A DNA stretch of 64,000 nucleotides, from NCBI GenBank assembly GCA_951406725.2, contig OX597821.1:76384001-76448000 (forward strand), given 5' to 3'. The position numbers and the translations under genes are program-made. A model generated the notes under the pieces. The model had not been told where the DNA came from. It ran no database searches and saw only the letters and a program-made list of their open reading frames with translations. Shown piece after piece: positions 39,253-51,588 of this stretch (its first letter is position 1; the number at the start of each line of letters is the position of its first letter). This DNA comes from Octopus vulgaris (Eukaryota).

Positions 39253-39557
39253 GGAGGCGCAATGGCCCAATGGTTAGGGCAGCGGACTCGTGGTTGTAGG
39301 ATCGCGGTTTCAATTCCCAGACTGGGCATTGTGAGTGTTTATTGAGCGAAAACACCTAAAGCTCCACGAGGCTCCAGCAGGGGGTGGTGGCGATCCCTGC
39401 TGTACTCTTTCGCACAACTTTCTATCACTCTTTCTTCTGTTGGCCTGCTCGCTTAGCCAGCAGGGTGGCATCACTTAAAGGCTAAAACAATGTGAAGCGC
39501 ATTGTGACCAGTAATGTGTAGCAACATCTGATAGCCTGGTCGGTCACGTGATCACGT
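39253..39557 (+). mobile_element. tRNA-derived SINE family C, full length, embedded in (TA)n
   Basis: Head ggaggcgcaatggcccaatggttagggcagcggactc...ggtttcaattccc, ends ggtcacgtgatcacgt. 3' part also at 18934-19103; heads at 51633 and 52025. Confidence 0.85.
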
Positions 39558-39930
39558 AATATATATATATATATATACGCCTTTTGAATTCGTTTATAGT
39601 AACGTTAAAGGTATGCAAATAAAGCTCCAGTTTCATTATGCCGGTTACAGTCTAATGATACTGATGAGTATGTCAGTTGTTTGGGGTTGCATCATGGTTA
39701 TACCGATATAAGTTAGGATAAATATAATAATGATAATAATTCTAGGATGGAATTTATAAATATTTAATACATCACTACATACGTTTCCTCAAATCACATG
39801 ATTTTAACATCAGAGTTGGTTTCTTTGGGATGATTACAGTAAAGATTACAGGATACAGACTCTGATATTAAAATCATATGATTTGTGGAAATGTGTGTAG
39901 CGATGCATTATTTATAAATTCCATACTATA

Positions 39931-39963
<33 letters not shown>

Positions 39964-40754
39964 CATACAGGGGTGACTGTGCGGTAAGAAGCTTGCTTCC
40001 CACTGGTGCAATTCTGGGTTCAGTCCCACTGCATGGTACCTTGGGCAAGTGTCTTCTACTATAATCTCAGGCTGATAAAAGCCTTGTAAGTGGATCTTGT
40101 TGACAGAAACCAAAAGAATCCTGTTATGTATATATATATATATGTGTGTTTGTATGTCGATGTTTGTTCCCCCACCATCGCTTGACTACTGATGCTGATG
40201 TGTTTACATCCCTGCAACTTAGCTAGAATAAGTACTAGGCTTACAAAGAAAATGTCCTGGTGTCAATTTGTTCGACTAAAGGTGATGCTCCAGCATGACC
40301 GCAGTCAAATAACTGAAACAAATGAAAAAATAAAATAAAAGAACACACACGTATTATTTGCCCAATAATTTGTTTTTAGTGTTTCATTCATCATGAGCAG
40401 ACAACTCTCTTTTTCTAGATGTAGACCGACATCAGGGATGCGACGACAGGGCCACTAATTCTTTCAGCTGCGCAGACTGGTGCTGTTCACGATGATGGTT
40501 GTAAATCAGCACCATCATTATACTAGTGAGGTTGTTCATTTCCAGTCTTCTATGAAAAACACATCTAGCTATGCAGCAATGGTACCTTATTCAGAAACTG
40601 TTGGTGATGATGATGATCATCATCGTCATCGTCATTTAACATCCGCTTTCCATGCTGACATGGTTTGGATGGTTTAGTGTGTTTTGGTTTAGCTTTTATG
40701 GTGGGGATGCCCTTAATAATAGTAATCATTTTACAGGGCAGAAATCAGTTTATA

Positions 40755-40919
40755 GGTGCAGGAATGGCTGTGTGGTAAGTTTCTTGCTTACCAACCACAT
40801 GGTTCCGGGTTCAGTCCCACTACGTGGCACCTTCGGCAACTATCTTCTACTATAGCCTCGGGCCAACAAAAGCCTTGTGAGAAGATTTGGCAGATGGAAA
40901 CTGAAAGAAGCCCGTCGTT

Positions 40920-40968
<49 letters not shown>

Positions 40969-41178
40969 ATGTGTCTGTGTTTGTCCCCCCCAACATCACT
41001 TGACAACTGATGCTGGTGTGTTTACGTCCCCATAACTTAGCGGTTCGGCAAAAGAGACTGATAGAATAAGTACTAGGCTTACAAAGATTAAGACCTGGGG
41101 TCGATTTGCTTGACCAAAGGCATTGCTCCAGCATGGCCACAGTCACATGACTGAAACAAATAAAAGAGTAAAAGAGAG
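40755..41178 (+). mobile_element. SINE family B, near full length
   Basis: tRNA-like A/B boxes, internal (TA)n, tail ending aaagagtaaaagag. Further copies at 39968-40340, 62468-62640, 62657-63060, 28822-28970. Confidence 0.85.
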
Positions 41179-42632
41179 TGTGCTGGGTGCTTCTTACATG
41201 GCACAGGCACAGGTGCCTTTTTATGTGGCATCAGTACTGACAGGAAGCCACAAGTGGAAGGATAACAACCAGCATCAGCAGTCCTCGTGTGGAAACTTTG
41301 AGAAATTGCACATCACTCCTTGGTCATCACCATAGAATTGAGAATTCTCAGCTGATAATTTGTAAGTGAGCCAAGTGTCGAACTAAACAATTTTGTTAAT
41401 CGTCACACATGGCAAAGTGCTTGATCATGTGAAATTCATTTGAGAGCTAAAACTGAACATCACACAAAAATTATACCGTGGTACATATCTCCATACGTTA
41501 GTTAAGAGAGAGCTCAGTGCACAAGACAAGACCATAATTAGTGTAATCTCGTGGCACAAAAATATATATCTAGACATTTATATATTAAAAATCAATATGA
41601 ACTTTTAATACGCCCCATACCAATTATGCTTTTGTCATTAAAAATGACTCATCATTAGAGAAGTGAGAAAGAGAGAGAGATGCTAATCACTGCAGTCTTC
41701 TCTTGGAGGTGAAAAGTTTTGGAAAATCCATAAAGCTATACTGTCATCACGGTGGAACTCGGAAGAATATTTGATCAATAACTTGTAACTGATGAAGAGG
41801 GGTTTTCGAACTCAATAGTTTTGTTTACCTTCAAAGACAAATGTAAATGAAATGTGTATTTAATGTCTATATATGTTCGTTTCTAAATTTTTATGTCACA
41901 CAATACAATATATGTATCTTTTTGTGTGTGTGTGTGTGTGTGCAGGCCTTCCTCTTATTGCACAAACATTGCTGTCATAATTTCCTGTTAATCTGAAATT
42001 CTGTAACATTATCATCATCGTTTAACGTCTGCTTTCCATGCTAGTATGGGTTGGACGGTTCGACTGGGGTCTGAGAAACCAGGAGGCTGCACCAGGCTCC
42101 AGTCTGATCTGGCAGTGTTTCTACAGCTGGATACCCTTCCTAACGCCAACCACTCCGTGAGTGTAGTACGTGCTTTTTACGTGCCACCAGCACAGGTGCC
42201 AGGGGAGGCTGGCAACGGCCACGATCGGTTGGTGGTTTTCTCTTTGACGTCCATGTAGCATGGAAGCCTTGAGAAGATGAGTTTCCCATAAGACACAAGC
42301 ATGACTAGGCATGTCTTCAGATCTTCACACCACTTCAACTGGAGGCAAGCTACAAGAAAAACATGTTCCAGACCTCAATTCCCCCAACTCAGCAATAATA
42401 AACATCTGAATTTGAAACAAACAAAAGGGAAAGGGTTCGAAGCAATTTATACACACAGGCACATACTTATTTACCTTATCATCATCATCATCGTTTAACA
42501 TCCGCTTTCCATGCTAGCATGGGTTGGACGATTTATTGAGGACTGGCAAACCAGATGGCTGCACCAAGCTCCAATCTGATCTGGCAGAGTTTCTACAGCT
42601 GGATGCCCTTCCTAACGCCAAAAAATAGCTAT

Positions 42633-42703
42633 ATCCCAAGCGGGGAATCGATCCCCAGCCGCTGCTGTGAGAGCGCAGAATCCTGACCACTAGACCCATG
42701 TGA
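42633..42703 (-). pseudogene. tRNA-Glu(CTC)-like pseudogene with 3' trailer and T6 tract
   Basis: - strand TCACATGGGTCTAGTGGTCAGGATTCTGCGCTCTCACAGCAGCGGCTGGGGATCGATTCCCCGCTTGGGAT closely follows eukaryotic tRNA-Glu(CTC). Mismatches in the acceptor stem and T-loop (GATCGA). TTTTTT lies 7 nt downstream (42620-42625). Confidence 0.75.
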
Positions 42704-43991
42704 TGCATATGGATGGGGACAGCTGCATAATGAAGCAATGATCTCTGATGGTGGAGGGAACCCGTGGAAGACATGGATGAGGTGGTGAGAAAGGTTTACA
42801 GTTGCTGTATCTCAGGGAAGAGATGACAAGGGACCAAGGCAAATGATGATTTGCTGTGCTTGAGAAGACATGTCAAGCTAAGTGAAATTGAGGTCACACA
42901 GGCAGACCCTTTATGACCAGACCCCTGCCTCCACACACATATTCTGTGTCCCCACCTTCCATCAAAACTCCCTCAACAACCCATCTGACCAACACCCTGC
43001 TCTCCCACCCATGATCACAGCTGCATGCCCCTCCACTCTCCATGCCCTCACATATCCATCATGGCCCCAGTTTCTCTCACCATCACTTGCCACAGTCACC
43101 ACTTCCCCCAACTCTAACCTCTCCCCTTACATTCTTACGTAACATCCCCCTTCTGTTCCCTCTGTTCTGCTTATACTGTGCATTGTAGGGTATCTCCTGA
43201 TACATCTCCATCCTCATCCATTTGTCTCACTGCTATTGCACCACATTCAGAACAACCACTTGAATACTTACGGTCAACAAATTGCAAACCTATTATTTTA
43301 CTCACCAAAAACTGCTTAGATTCCACGCACCCACTTTTATCCCTCACCACCACAGATTTCCAGAATTGGTAGAAGACATTAACCCTTTAGCATTTAAATC
43401 GGCCATAACTGGCTCAAATATTCTACCTGTTTTATGCTCAAACCAGCCAGCTCTCAACTCTCAAAGCTACAAGGTAACACATAATTAATTCAAAACAGTG
43501 TGAGTAAATAAGCATTATATTTGACAAAGTAATCTGAACGCTAAAGTCATTAAGGAATTATCAAACCAATTGTTTGTTTGTAAATGTAGTTTCATAATTC
43601 AGCTTCATTTAGTTTTACTCTTACTTGAGTTTTCTTTAATTGTTATAAAGTTTGGCCTCTAACCTGTCCTTGTTGTGTGAGGATTCTTGTCTACCTTTAA
43701 AACGAATTCAATGATGAAATTTATTTTTATGCTGATGTCCATGAAGTTTATCCATGGATGGCTTTAAAACTTGCCTTTTAATATTTTGCTGGTGTAAATA
43801 ATATTAAAGTTCAAGACAGAAGGTATCGCGTTGACTCCTGTGTAATATCTCTGTTTTCTGTGTCATTGTTCTAAATTCATATTCTACTGGAAGTTGATCT
43901 TAAATTTCCTCACACACACACCTTAGATCACTTATATATACAGGCCCTCGAGGCTTTGTGGCTTGTGACAGTAAATCATTATTTAGTTTAA

Positions 43992-44210
43992 CCCTTTTGT
44001 TACAAACCCAGCTGAAACTGACTCTGACTCTGAGTACAAATGACTTGTTTTCATAAGTTTTGAATTAAAAGCTTCCACCAAACCTTAGTCACAATTTATG
44101 TTCCTAACACCAACTTAATGATAACTAAGTTATTTTACTAAATTCTTTGTTGTGTTTAAAGAATTGAAAGAAATACAGAGCATCTCAAAATAAATACAGT
44201 AACAAAAGGG
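43992..44210 (+). mobile_element. piggyBac-type MITE family 1
   Basis: TTAA|CCCTTTTGTTAC ... GTAACAAAAGGG|TTAA. Confidence 0.85.
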
Positions 44211-44214
44211 TTAA

Positions 44215-44434
44215 TCCTTTATCGTCTAAACCCACCGTATCTGGCCCGGTTACTGTATTCGTTTTCTGTTCAAACTGACTAGGTTCAGCCTCTCACACCT
44301 ACCCAACAATGTCATTCTAAAAATAAACAGTCACAACATTGAAATCTCAAAGCGATGAGGTAATGCAAGATTAATTCAAAACAATGGGAATAGATAAGCA
44401 TTATATTTGACAGAGTAATATGAATGCCAAAGGG
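44215..44434 (+). mobile_element. piggyBac-type MITE family 2, sharing a TTAA with the family 1 copy
   Basis: TTAA|tcctttatcg ... tgccaaaggg|TTAA. Related copies at 43383-43549 and 4940-5105(-). Confidence 0.7.
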
Positions 44435-45053
44435 TTAAGAGAAAATGGTCCAAACAAGACCTGGTTGTTTGAGTAGAGACTCTACAGAATCTAACCTGGC
44501 AACTCAGTGTTCAACTCTCCTTTTCAGTTTTCCTTGAATTAATAGAATAAGCTAATATATTACAGGTTGATAAAAAAAATCAGCTGCTGTCCTTCTTTGT
44601 CGACGTTTACCCTTTACACATAAAAAATGTCACTATTTTAACATTGTAAAGGCCAGCAAATTGGCAACAATGCTAGAGCGTGATAATAAATCTATTATGG
44701 TAGTTAGTTTCATCTCTTTCTGTTCCGAGTTCTATTCTTGCTTGAATCCACTTTGCCTTTCATCTCTTCGCAATTGATAAATTAACCACCAGTAATAAAC
44801 TGGTAGTTAATTAAATCAACTATGCCTTTTCCTTTACAAAAATCGACCTTGTGCCAGGCCAAACAAAATCAATATTTTGCTTTGTAATTGATAATTGTTG
44901 CCATTAGTACATCATTTGGAATTATTGAATTCTATTCAATACTTCCTTTGGCTACACATTAGCTGCATCCCTCTAATTCGCTTTCATGTTCGTTTTTCGC
45001 TTTTTCTTTTCTTTTCTTTTTTTTTTCAATTTTTTTTTCTTTTTAATTTCCAG

Positions 45054-45147
45054 AAAATCAAACGGTTGACTGCTGAGCTCCATCTTTTAGACACAGCCGA
45101 TGAAATTAAGAACAATCACACAATCTTCGTTGACACAGAAGCTGATG
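45054..45147 (+). CDS. UTP11: UTP11 coding exon (probably exon 5): KIKRLTAELHLLDTADEIKNNHTIFVDTEAD
   Basis: Long polypyrimidine tract plus cag acceptor, gtgaga donor at 45148. Matches Utp11 KIExLKSELHLLD...NKHxFFxD. 94 nt, ends in phase 1. Confidence 0.95.
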
Positions 45148-48100
45148 GTGAGATGCTCTCTGATTTTCTACAATTAGATATTTAATAATTAGAGAAAAAA
45201 ATCCTGCCTTTTTAATAGTTTGATCAATATCATCAATATTTTCATTAGCTTTTTTGCTGGGTTTTTTTTTTAAGGTATTGGTTAGTTTGCACTATTTCCA
45301 CCACCCTTGCCACTACACACACTCTCCACCACCCCAGAGAACACATTGGCTATACTTCGTCTGTTCATTTCACTCAAGAATTGTATGGCTTCATTAAAAC
45401 CTGCCATCAAGTTTCCTCCTCTGATACTAACTTGAAGATACTTCCTCCTCACGGTAGCCTTTAAAATTGCAAAGTACAGAGGCCCCTTTACCCGTTCAAG
45501 AAAACATCAAAGACGTTAGAGAGAGAATGTTACAGTCCGGTTGAGTTGTTACTGATTCGGGTTGTGACATTCGGTGTTAGAGACTGAAAGCAATACGAAG
45601 GGCAGAAACTGCAATCCTGTGCATCTCCCATTGAAACATCATAACAACAACAACGATAATGATAATATATTTATTGTTGGAATATGTCCGTATAATTACA
45701 TTTCTGTATATCTGCAATGAGGTGTTTCTGTGACGATAATTGCATTGCTAGAGATAATTACGTTTCTTCGTAGTTGATTACATTTCGCTATTTTTTTAGA
45801 TGAAATTTTGCAAAGTAGCTGAGCGATAATTGAGATAGCTAAATAAGTCAGGTATGAAATGGATAAAGGGTTCAAATCCTGTCAATGGCATTGATATCTC
45901 TGTGGCCAATACACTTATTTCAACAACCCAGCTAACCAAAATGTGCTGTAGATCATTTCCAAAAAGTTACAAGTTCTCCTTTGGCAGATCTGTTTCTCAT
46001 TTGCTCAATTCTATGAAAACCTAAGAAGAATACTGGTAGTCTGCAAGCTTTCATGAAGATATGAGAATTCCCTTTTTTTAACCTTGTCCATATAACTATG
46101 CTAAATTAAATTGAGTGGGGGAGGTTGGCGCATTAATTTTCACAGTTGGATGTCCTTGCAGACATTAACCAGTCAACTGTTAAGCAAGATTGAAACCCAA
46201 TTTATCAGTTCAGCAACATAAGGCAAACTGAATTAGAATTGCATGGTTTTCCCAGAGGCATGACATTGTAGCTATGGTAAGGTCTCTCTCTTAAGTCAGA
46301 GGTTTTTTTTACCTTAACCTCATTGCCACTGCAGCCACATGTTTAAGCATACATAGAAATATAGCTTTCACAGACATTCAAAGATTCTCAATTTAAATTT
46401 TATTGATTTCTTACAGAGACATAACACCTTTGAAGAATGGGTCAGATCACATGAGACTGCATAACATCTGTGGCTTTCTGCAGATCTTCATTAAAAGCAG
46501 TGTTGTCATTGATGATGCAGTGTGCTCAAGTCTCTTAATTCGGATGATTATAGAGCTTCTTATTGAAATTCATCTCAAAACTAGTCAAAATAAGATTCAT
46601 AGAATAAGATTGTATGGTGTGGAGAGAAGTGAGTTTTGACATTTTGGTTTGGTTCTCTTTGAAGAAATGAGAACTGTTAGAGTCTTTAAAAAAAGACAAG
46701 AATTTATGTGACCTTTTGGCCAGAAGCACTCCCAATTGTCCCCTATCGTGTTCAACTCAGAGCCTTTTAAATGATTCCTTGCCAGATGGCACACCTTTTT
46801 TTCTTTTGTCCTTCATATCATAGTCCTAATTGACTCAAAATCTTACTTTCTCATCAAGGATGACTTCAGCTGGTCTACCACCACCTGCACTTTCAGGCTT
46901 GTAGTGTACAGGGTATTAAGTAATTGCTCATTAACATCATCATCATCATCATCATTATCATCATCATCCGCTTTCCATGCTAGCATGGGTTGGATGATTT
47001 TGACTGAGGGCTGGCGATCCAGGAGGCTGCACCAGGCTCCAATCTGATCTTGCAAAGTTTCTACAGTTGGATGCCCTTCCTAATGCCAACCACTCCGAGA
47101 GTGTAGTGGGTGCTTTTTACGTGCCACTGGCATGGGGGCCAGTCAGGCAGTACTGGCAATGACCCTGCTCAAATCTTTTTACACATGCCACCAGCACAGG
47201 TGCCAGTAAGGTGATGTTGGTAATGATCACACTCGAATGGTGCCCTTTTACATGCCACTGGCACGGAAGCCAGTTGGCCGCTCTGACAACGATCATGCTC
47301 AGATGGTGCTCTTGGCACCCTACTAGCATGGGCACAAGTGCCAGTAAGGCGACACTGATAACGATCACACTCGAATGGTGCCTTATATGTCCCACTGGCA
47401 TGGAAGCCGGTTAGCTGCTCTGTTGTGAGAAAGGAATTGAAGTCTTTTTTAAAAATTTTAATTGTTCTTTTAGCCAGACTAAAGCAAGCATTCAGTTGCA
47501 AAGTAGTGGCTTTTGTAATGTTTTAAACTCCTGAGCATACAATCTGTAGTCCAGTTCCTCAACCATACAGTCTTTGTGCTTCCATGTTTAGTAGCACTAG
47601 TAATATACATACAGGAGTTGGTTCCGGTCGGTGTTCCCACTTCACCTCTCTCTTGGAAACATTCACTTTGTGCCTAGTGGAAATAAATCAATACCGTTGA
47701 CATTGATACCTAATGGCAGCTGTGTGCGACATGTGCAACTATAGCAGAAAGTAGAAGCATTAAGGCAAGCTTGGGAGATTTTCTTTGGGAGCAACTTAAG
47801 CTGCCGACTGTCAATTTGAAATACATCTGTTTCTTGATCTCAATTTGCAAAGTATGTTTAACTATCAGACGTCTCCTCGCCACCATCTTCATTTAACTTA
47901 AACACAGCTTGTTTAGCACAGTTTCTCTTAATCATTCGATTGCAAGAAAAACTCGAAACTCCTCCTCCTCCTCCTCCTTTTCTTCTTCATCTCGTTGTTG
48001 TTGTTGTTGTTGTTGTTGTTGTTATTTTCCTTCCTATTATTCCTTTCTCCTTCCAAATTTGTCTTCGTTTTCTTCTTCTTCTCTGTTTCCAGCAGTCGTC

Positions 48101-49029
48101 ATCTCTTAAAAATCTTTATTTCTTGTTCTGTGAAGAAACCAGATGTCAAGCATAAGATTTATTTTAATTGGAAGTCTTATCCTCATGATAAGAATATTAT
48201 TTTCTGGTTCATGGAAAAATGGTTGTTATACTATGCTTTTTTTTATGCATATACACACACACACATACACACATATATATTGACAGATAAATGTGCAGCT
48301 TTTGCTGCTCTTCCTGTTATTACTACTGCTACATCCAAAGCAGTGAGATGGCAGACTCGTTAGCACATCAGACAAAATGCTAAGCAACATTTCATCTCTC
48401 TCTTTACATTCTGGGTTCAAATTCACTGAGGTCAACTTTGCCTTTCGTATTTTCAGGGTCGATAAAATAAGTACCAGTTGAGAAGCACTGGGGTCGGTGT
48501 AATCCACTTACCCCTTTTTTCCCAAAATTGCTGGCCTTGTGCCAAAATTTGAAGCCATTATTGCTGCTGCATTTCTTCTTGTAGCTACAACTGATACAAC
48601 CATTAATATTTCTGCTGTGGTTACTATTCTGGTCTTTATTTCAATTGTTTCTTCTTTGGTGCATAGGTTTTGCTTTTTTCCTGGGATTTGTACCCAGCAC
48701 AACGAACCAACAAAATACTTGTCAACTGCTCTTTATGCCTATCCCTATATCAGGAAATTCATACTTCCTCATGGTGCCTGTTTTTTACCTCGAAGGAAAG
48801 AAATATGAACTGGTCATGTTAATATTTTGTCATATGTATCTGGGTTATAGAATAGGGACCACTGTTTTCCTTTGTGTTGTAAGAAGCTACAAGAATGACT
48901 AGTAACAGGAAGGGCACCCAGTCGTAAAGATCTGCATAGTTACTCACATCTAGTCAGAAAAAGTGGTTGAGAAAGAAAGGAAGAAAATAATCAGTAGGAG
49001 CTGCAAGAGATAATGGCAGTGAGGTGTCC

Positions 49030-49860
49030 AAAAGGTCTCACAAGGCACAAGCTGAGTAAATGTGGGTGGGATAGTGGGCCTGTGATTCCACTACATCTCT
49101 TATGTATCCATAACTTAGAACTGGTACAGTTTATGGAATCTGTACCAACCCCTTTTCTACATATCATGCAAAGCCATTTCCCTGAAGGTACCAGAGTCCT
49201 GTCTTCTTTCTTACCTATTAAAACCTTCATTTTTTTCCATGTTTTTCTTAAGACCCCTCAATTCTAGGTTTAACTTCCATGCCTGGAATTCCTTCTCTAA
49301 TTCCCCATTGAAAACTTGATAATCAGCATACAGGAAATCCCATGGACATCTAGACTTAAACTACTCTAAAATGGACCTCCATTCACACCATGAAAACCAC
49401 CCAGATGCTGCTCAACATATCCATTAAAGTTATCAGCTATGAGGATAAGATCACTGTCATTTGTCTTTGTGGTAGTCTGCAAAAGGCCATCATAAAATCA
49501 AGCAGAAATAGTTGTGCTCTTTCACAAAACTAGTCTATGCATTCAATCGCACTCTGAGTACCTCAGTTACCTTATTCACCCATTTCTCAGCTACATGTAT
49601 GCCCACACCATCTACCTCATCACTATTACCTTTCCAACAGATTTTATACCTATGTCCTTTGCAGTGAGAAATCTGGCTGAAGCTCTCTTCCACCTTACTT
49701 CTTGAATGCAACACACATCTACATGCCTCCATTTCAGCATCCCAATAATCTCACCGGACCTACCTTTCAATATGCCTCCATTGAACATACCAGCTCTAAG
49801 GCTGAAGACAGGGTGGTCAGAGACAACAGGGAGATAGGGGATGGCATTCAGCATCTAAAA
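49030..49860 (-). mobile_element. Internally deleted RTE-clade LINE (AP-endonuclease N-terminus joined to the post-RT region)
   Basis: LRAGMFNGGILKGRSGEI...VDVCCIQEVRWK, GVGIHVAEKWV, then WLCMICRKGVGTDSINCTSSKLWIHKRCSGI. Confidence 0.75.
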
Positions 49861-50279
49861 AGGTTTGCACAGACATTTGCTAACAGGCATATCACGTCAG
49901 TAAGCCCAAAAGAAACCTATATTGGACAAAACATACAAATTATCATGAAAAAGACAAGACATGCACATTTTCAGGGCAGAGTATAAATGAAAGTGGGGAG
50001 ACGAGATATGGATATTTTCAGGGCAGAGACAGTGTTGATGAAAGGGCAAAAACAAAATATTAAACATACTAGAATTAATTTAATTATGTTGAATTAAATT
50101 ATGACAGGTTAACAAGTGGAAATGCAAGTTGTGAATGTTTAAAATGTAAAAATTATAAACAAGGAAATAAACTTTAGCTTATCTGGACGTCACTTTTTGT
50201 TCAACACAGTAGTGTGGTATAGCCAGTAGTTCTGTATTTGAGAGAGAATATATATACATACATACATATTATATATATA

Positions 50280-50710
50280 TATAATGTTGAAAGATTTAAA
50301 AGGTCAAACAATGCAAATAGATCTTAAGATAAGGTAAGGTAAACTAAAAGTGAGTTACCTGGTAATCTTAGGTCTTATATGTATCCAATATTTCGTGACA
50401 TACAAGTCCCTTCTTCAGGGTTAAAAAGGAACTGTCCTTGGTTAGCTGTTTCTTGTTGGAGATAAAATAATTCTGTGATTATATTTGAAACGCTTGAAAA
50501 TTCAAATATAATCACAGAATTATTTTATCTCCAACAAAAAACAGCTAACCAAGGACAGTTCCTTTTTAACCTTAAACAAAGGACTTGTATGCCCCAAAAT
50601 ATTGGATACATATAAGACCAAAGATTACCAGGTAACTTAATTTTAGTTTACGTTACCTTATCTTAAAATCTATTTGCATTGTTTGACCTTTTAAATCTTT
50701 CAATGTTATA
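50280..50710. repeat. Long inverted repeat (arms about 210 bp, 11-nt spacer) with a hammerhead-like motif in each arm
   Basis: 50280-50489 is the reverse complement of 50501-50710 at roughly 90% identity by eye. Confidence 0.92.
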
Positions 50711-51055
50711 TTCCATATATATAGGTTATGAGAGGTAATGGTGTCATATATATATAGGTTATGAGAGGTAATGGTGTCAGTGAGACCCAAAGGTGTCCCT
50801 ACTTTTAGGTCACTTTAAATAAAACCCTTGATTCAATAACACTGTGTATAAACTCTATACTTGGAATGACCAATTTTAGATACTATTGGATTTTAGTCAT
50901 ACGGTATTGGAATCTTATATGTATACCATTCTGCCTAAATAATGGATCTACAAATACAATATCCCTGCATATCTCACATCTATTTTCATTCCACCACCTC
51001 ACTCTATTTCATATCTTATCTAAATTAACTGTTGCTTCACCATCTTCTCACAGCA

Positions 51056-51101
51056 TCTCTGATGAAGGGATATAATAAATATCCTAGAAACAGCTGTAAG
51101 A
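51056..51101 (+). ncRNA. Candidate minimal type I hammerhead ribozyme
   Basis: TCT-CTGATGA-A-GGGATAT(AATAA)ATATCCT-A-GAAA-CAGCTG-TA-AGA: core boxes, stem II, palindromic stem III ACAGCTGT, GUA triplet, 3-bp stem I. Confidence 0.65.
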
Positions 51102-51178
51102 CCTTCTATTTATAAATGTTCTAAAATCTACACAACCTTGTTTTTTTTTTTATCTCATTACGAAAAAAAAAAAAATTT

Positions 51179-51209
<31 letters not shown>

Positions 51210-51457
51210 TATGCATTGCACCATCCTGGCACAGGCATTTTCTATTGTACCTTTGGGCCAATGACATCCTTGTGAATGGATTAATAGATGGAAACTATAT
51301 GGAAGTCTACATGATTTCTGTCGCTAAAATCCGCGACCTGTTCACTGACAAAGTCCGTCACGGACTTTGTCAGTGTACATGATTTCTTTTTTCTTGTAAA
51401 GTATTAATTTATTTCTGAATATTCTTCTTAAAAAGTTTTGTCTGCATCTCTTCACAG

Positions 51458-51588
51458 TGGAAAAGTTTGATGCTGCTGAGCATTTCCATACGCATTCATT
51501 ACTCGTTAATCGAAGACATAACAGAATAAAGACTGACCAGTTGCAGCAGATGGACATTGGCACTAGTTTAGATGAGCAAACATCTGAG
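51458..51588 (+). CDS. UTP11: UTP11 coding exon (probably exon 6): VEKFDAAEHFHTHSLLVNRRHNRIKTDQLQQMDIGTSLDEQTSE
   Basis: ttcacag acceptor and gtatgt donor at 51589. G+TG completes a Val codon across the intron. Matches Utp11 VEQFDxAxHxxTxPELVxRxxNRxxxExL. 131 nt. Confidence 0.94.

Noticed and set aside
39253-39325. tRNA-like cloverleaves at SINE heads (also 29242, 31287, 52025)
   Set aside because: They run into SINE bodies and lack intact acceptor stems; not tRNA genes.
41780-41820. CTGATGA...CGAA hammerhead-like motif
   Set aside because: No GAAA box and no convincing stems I or III; too degenerate to call.
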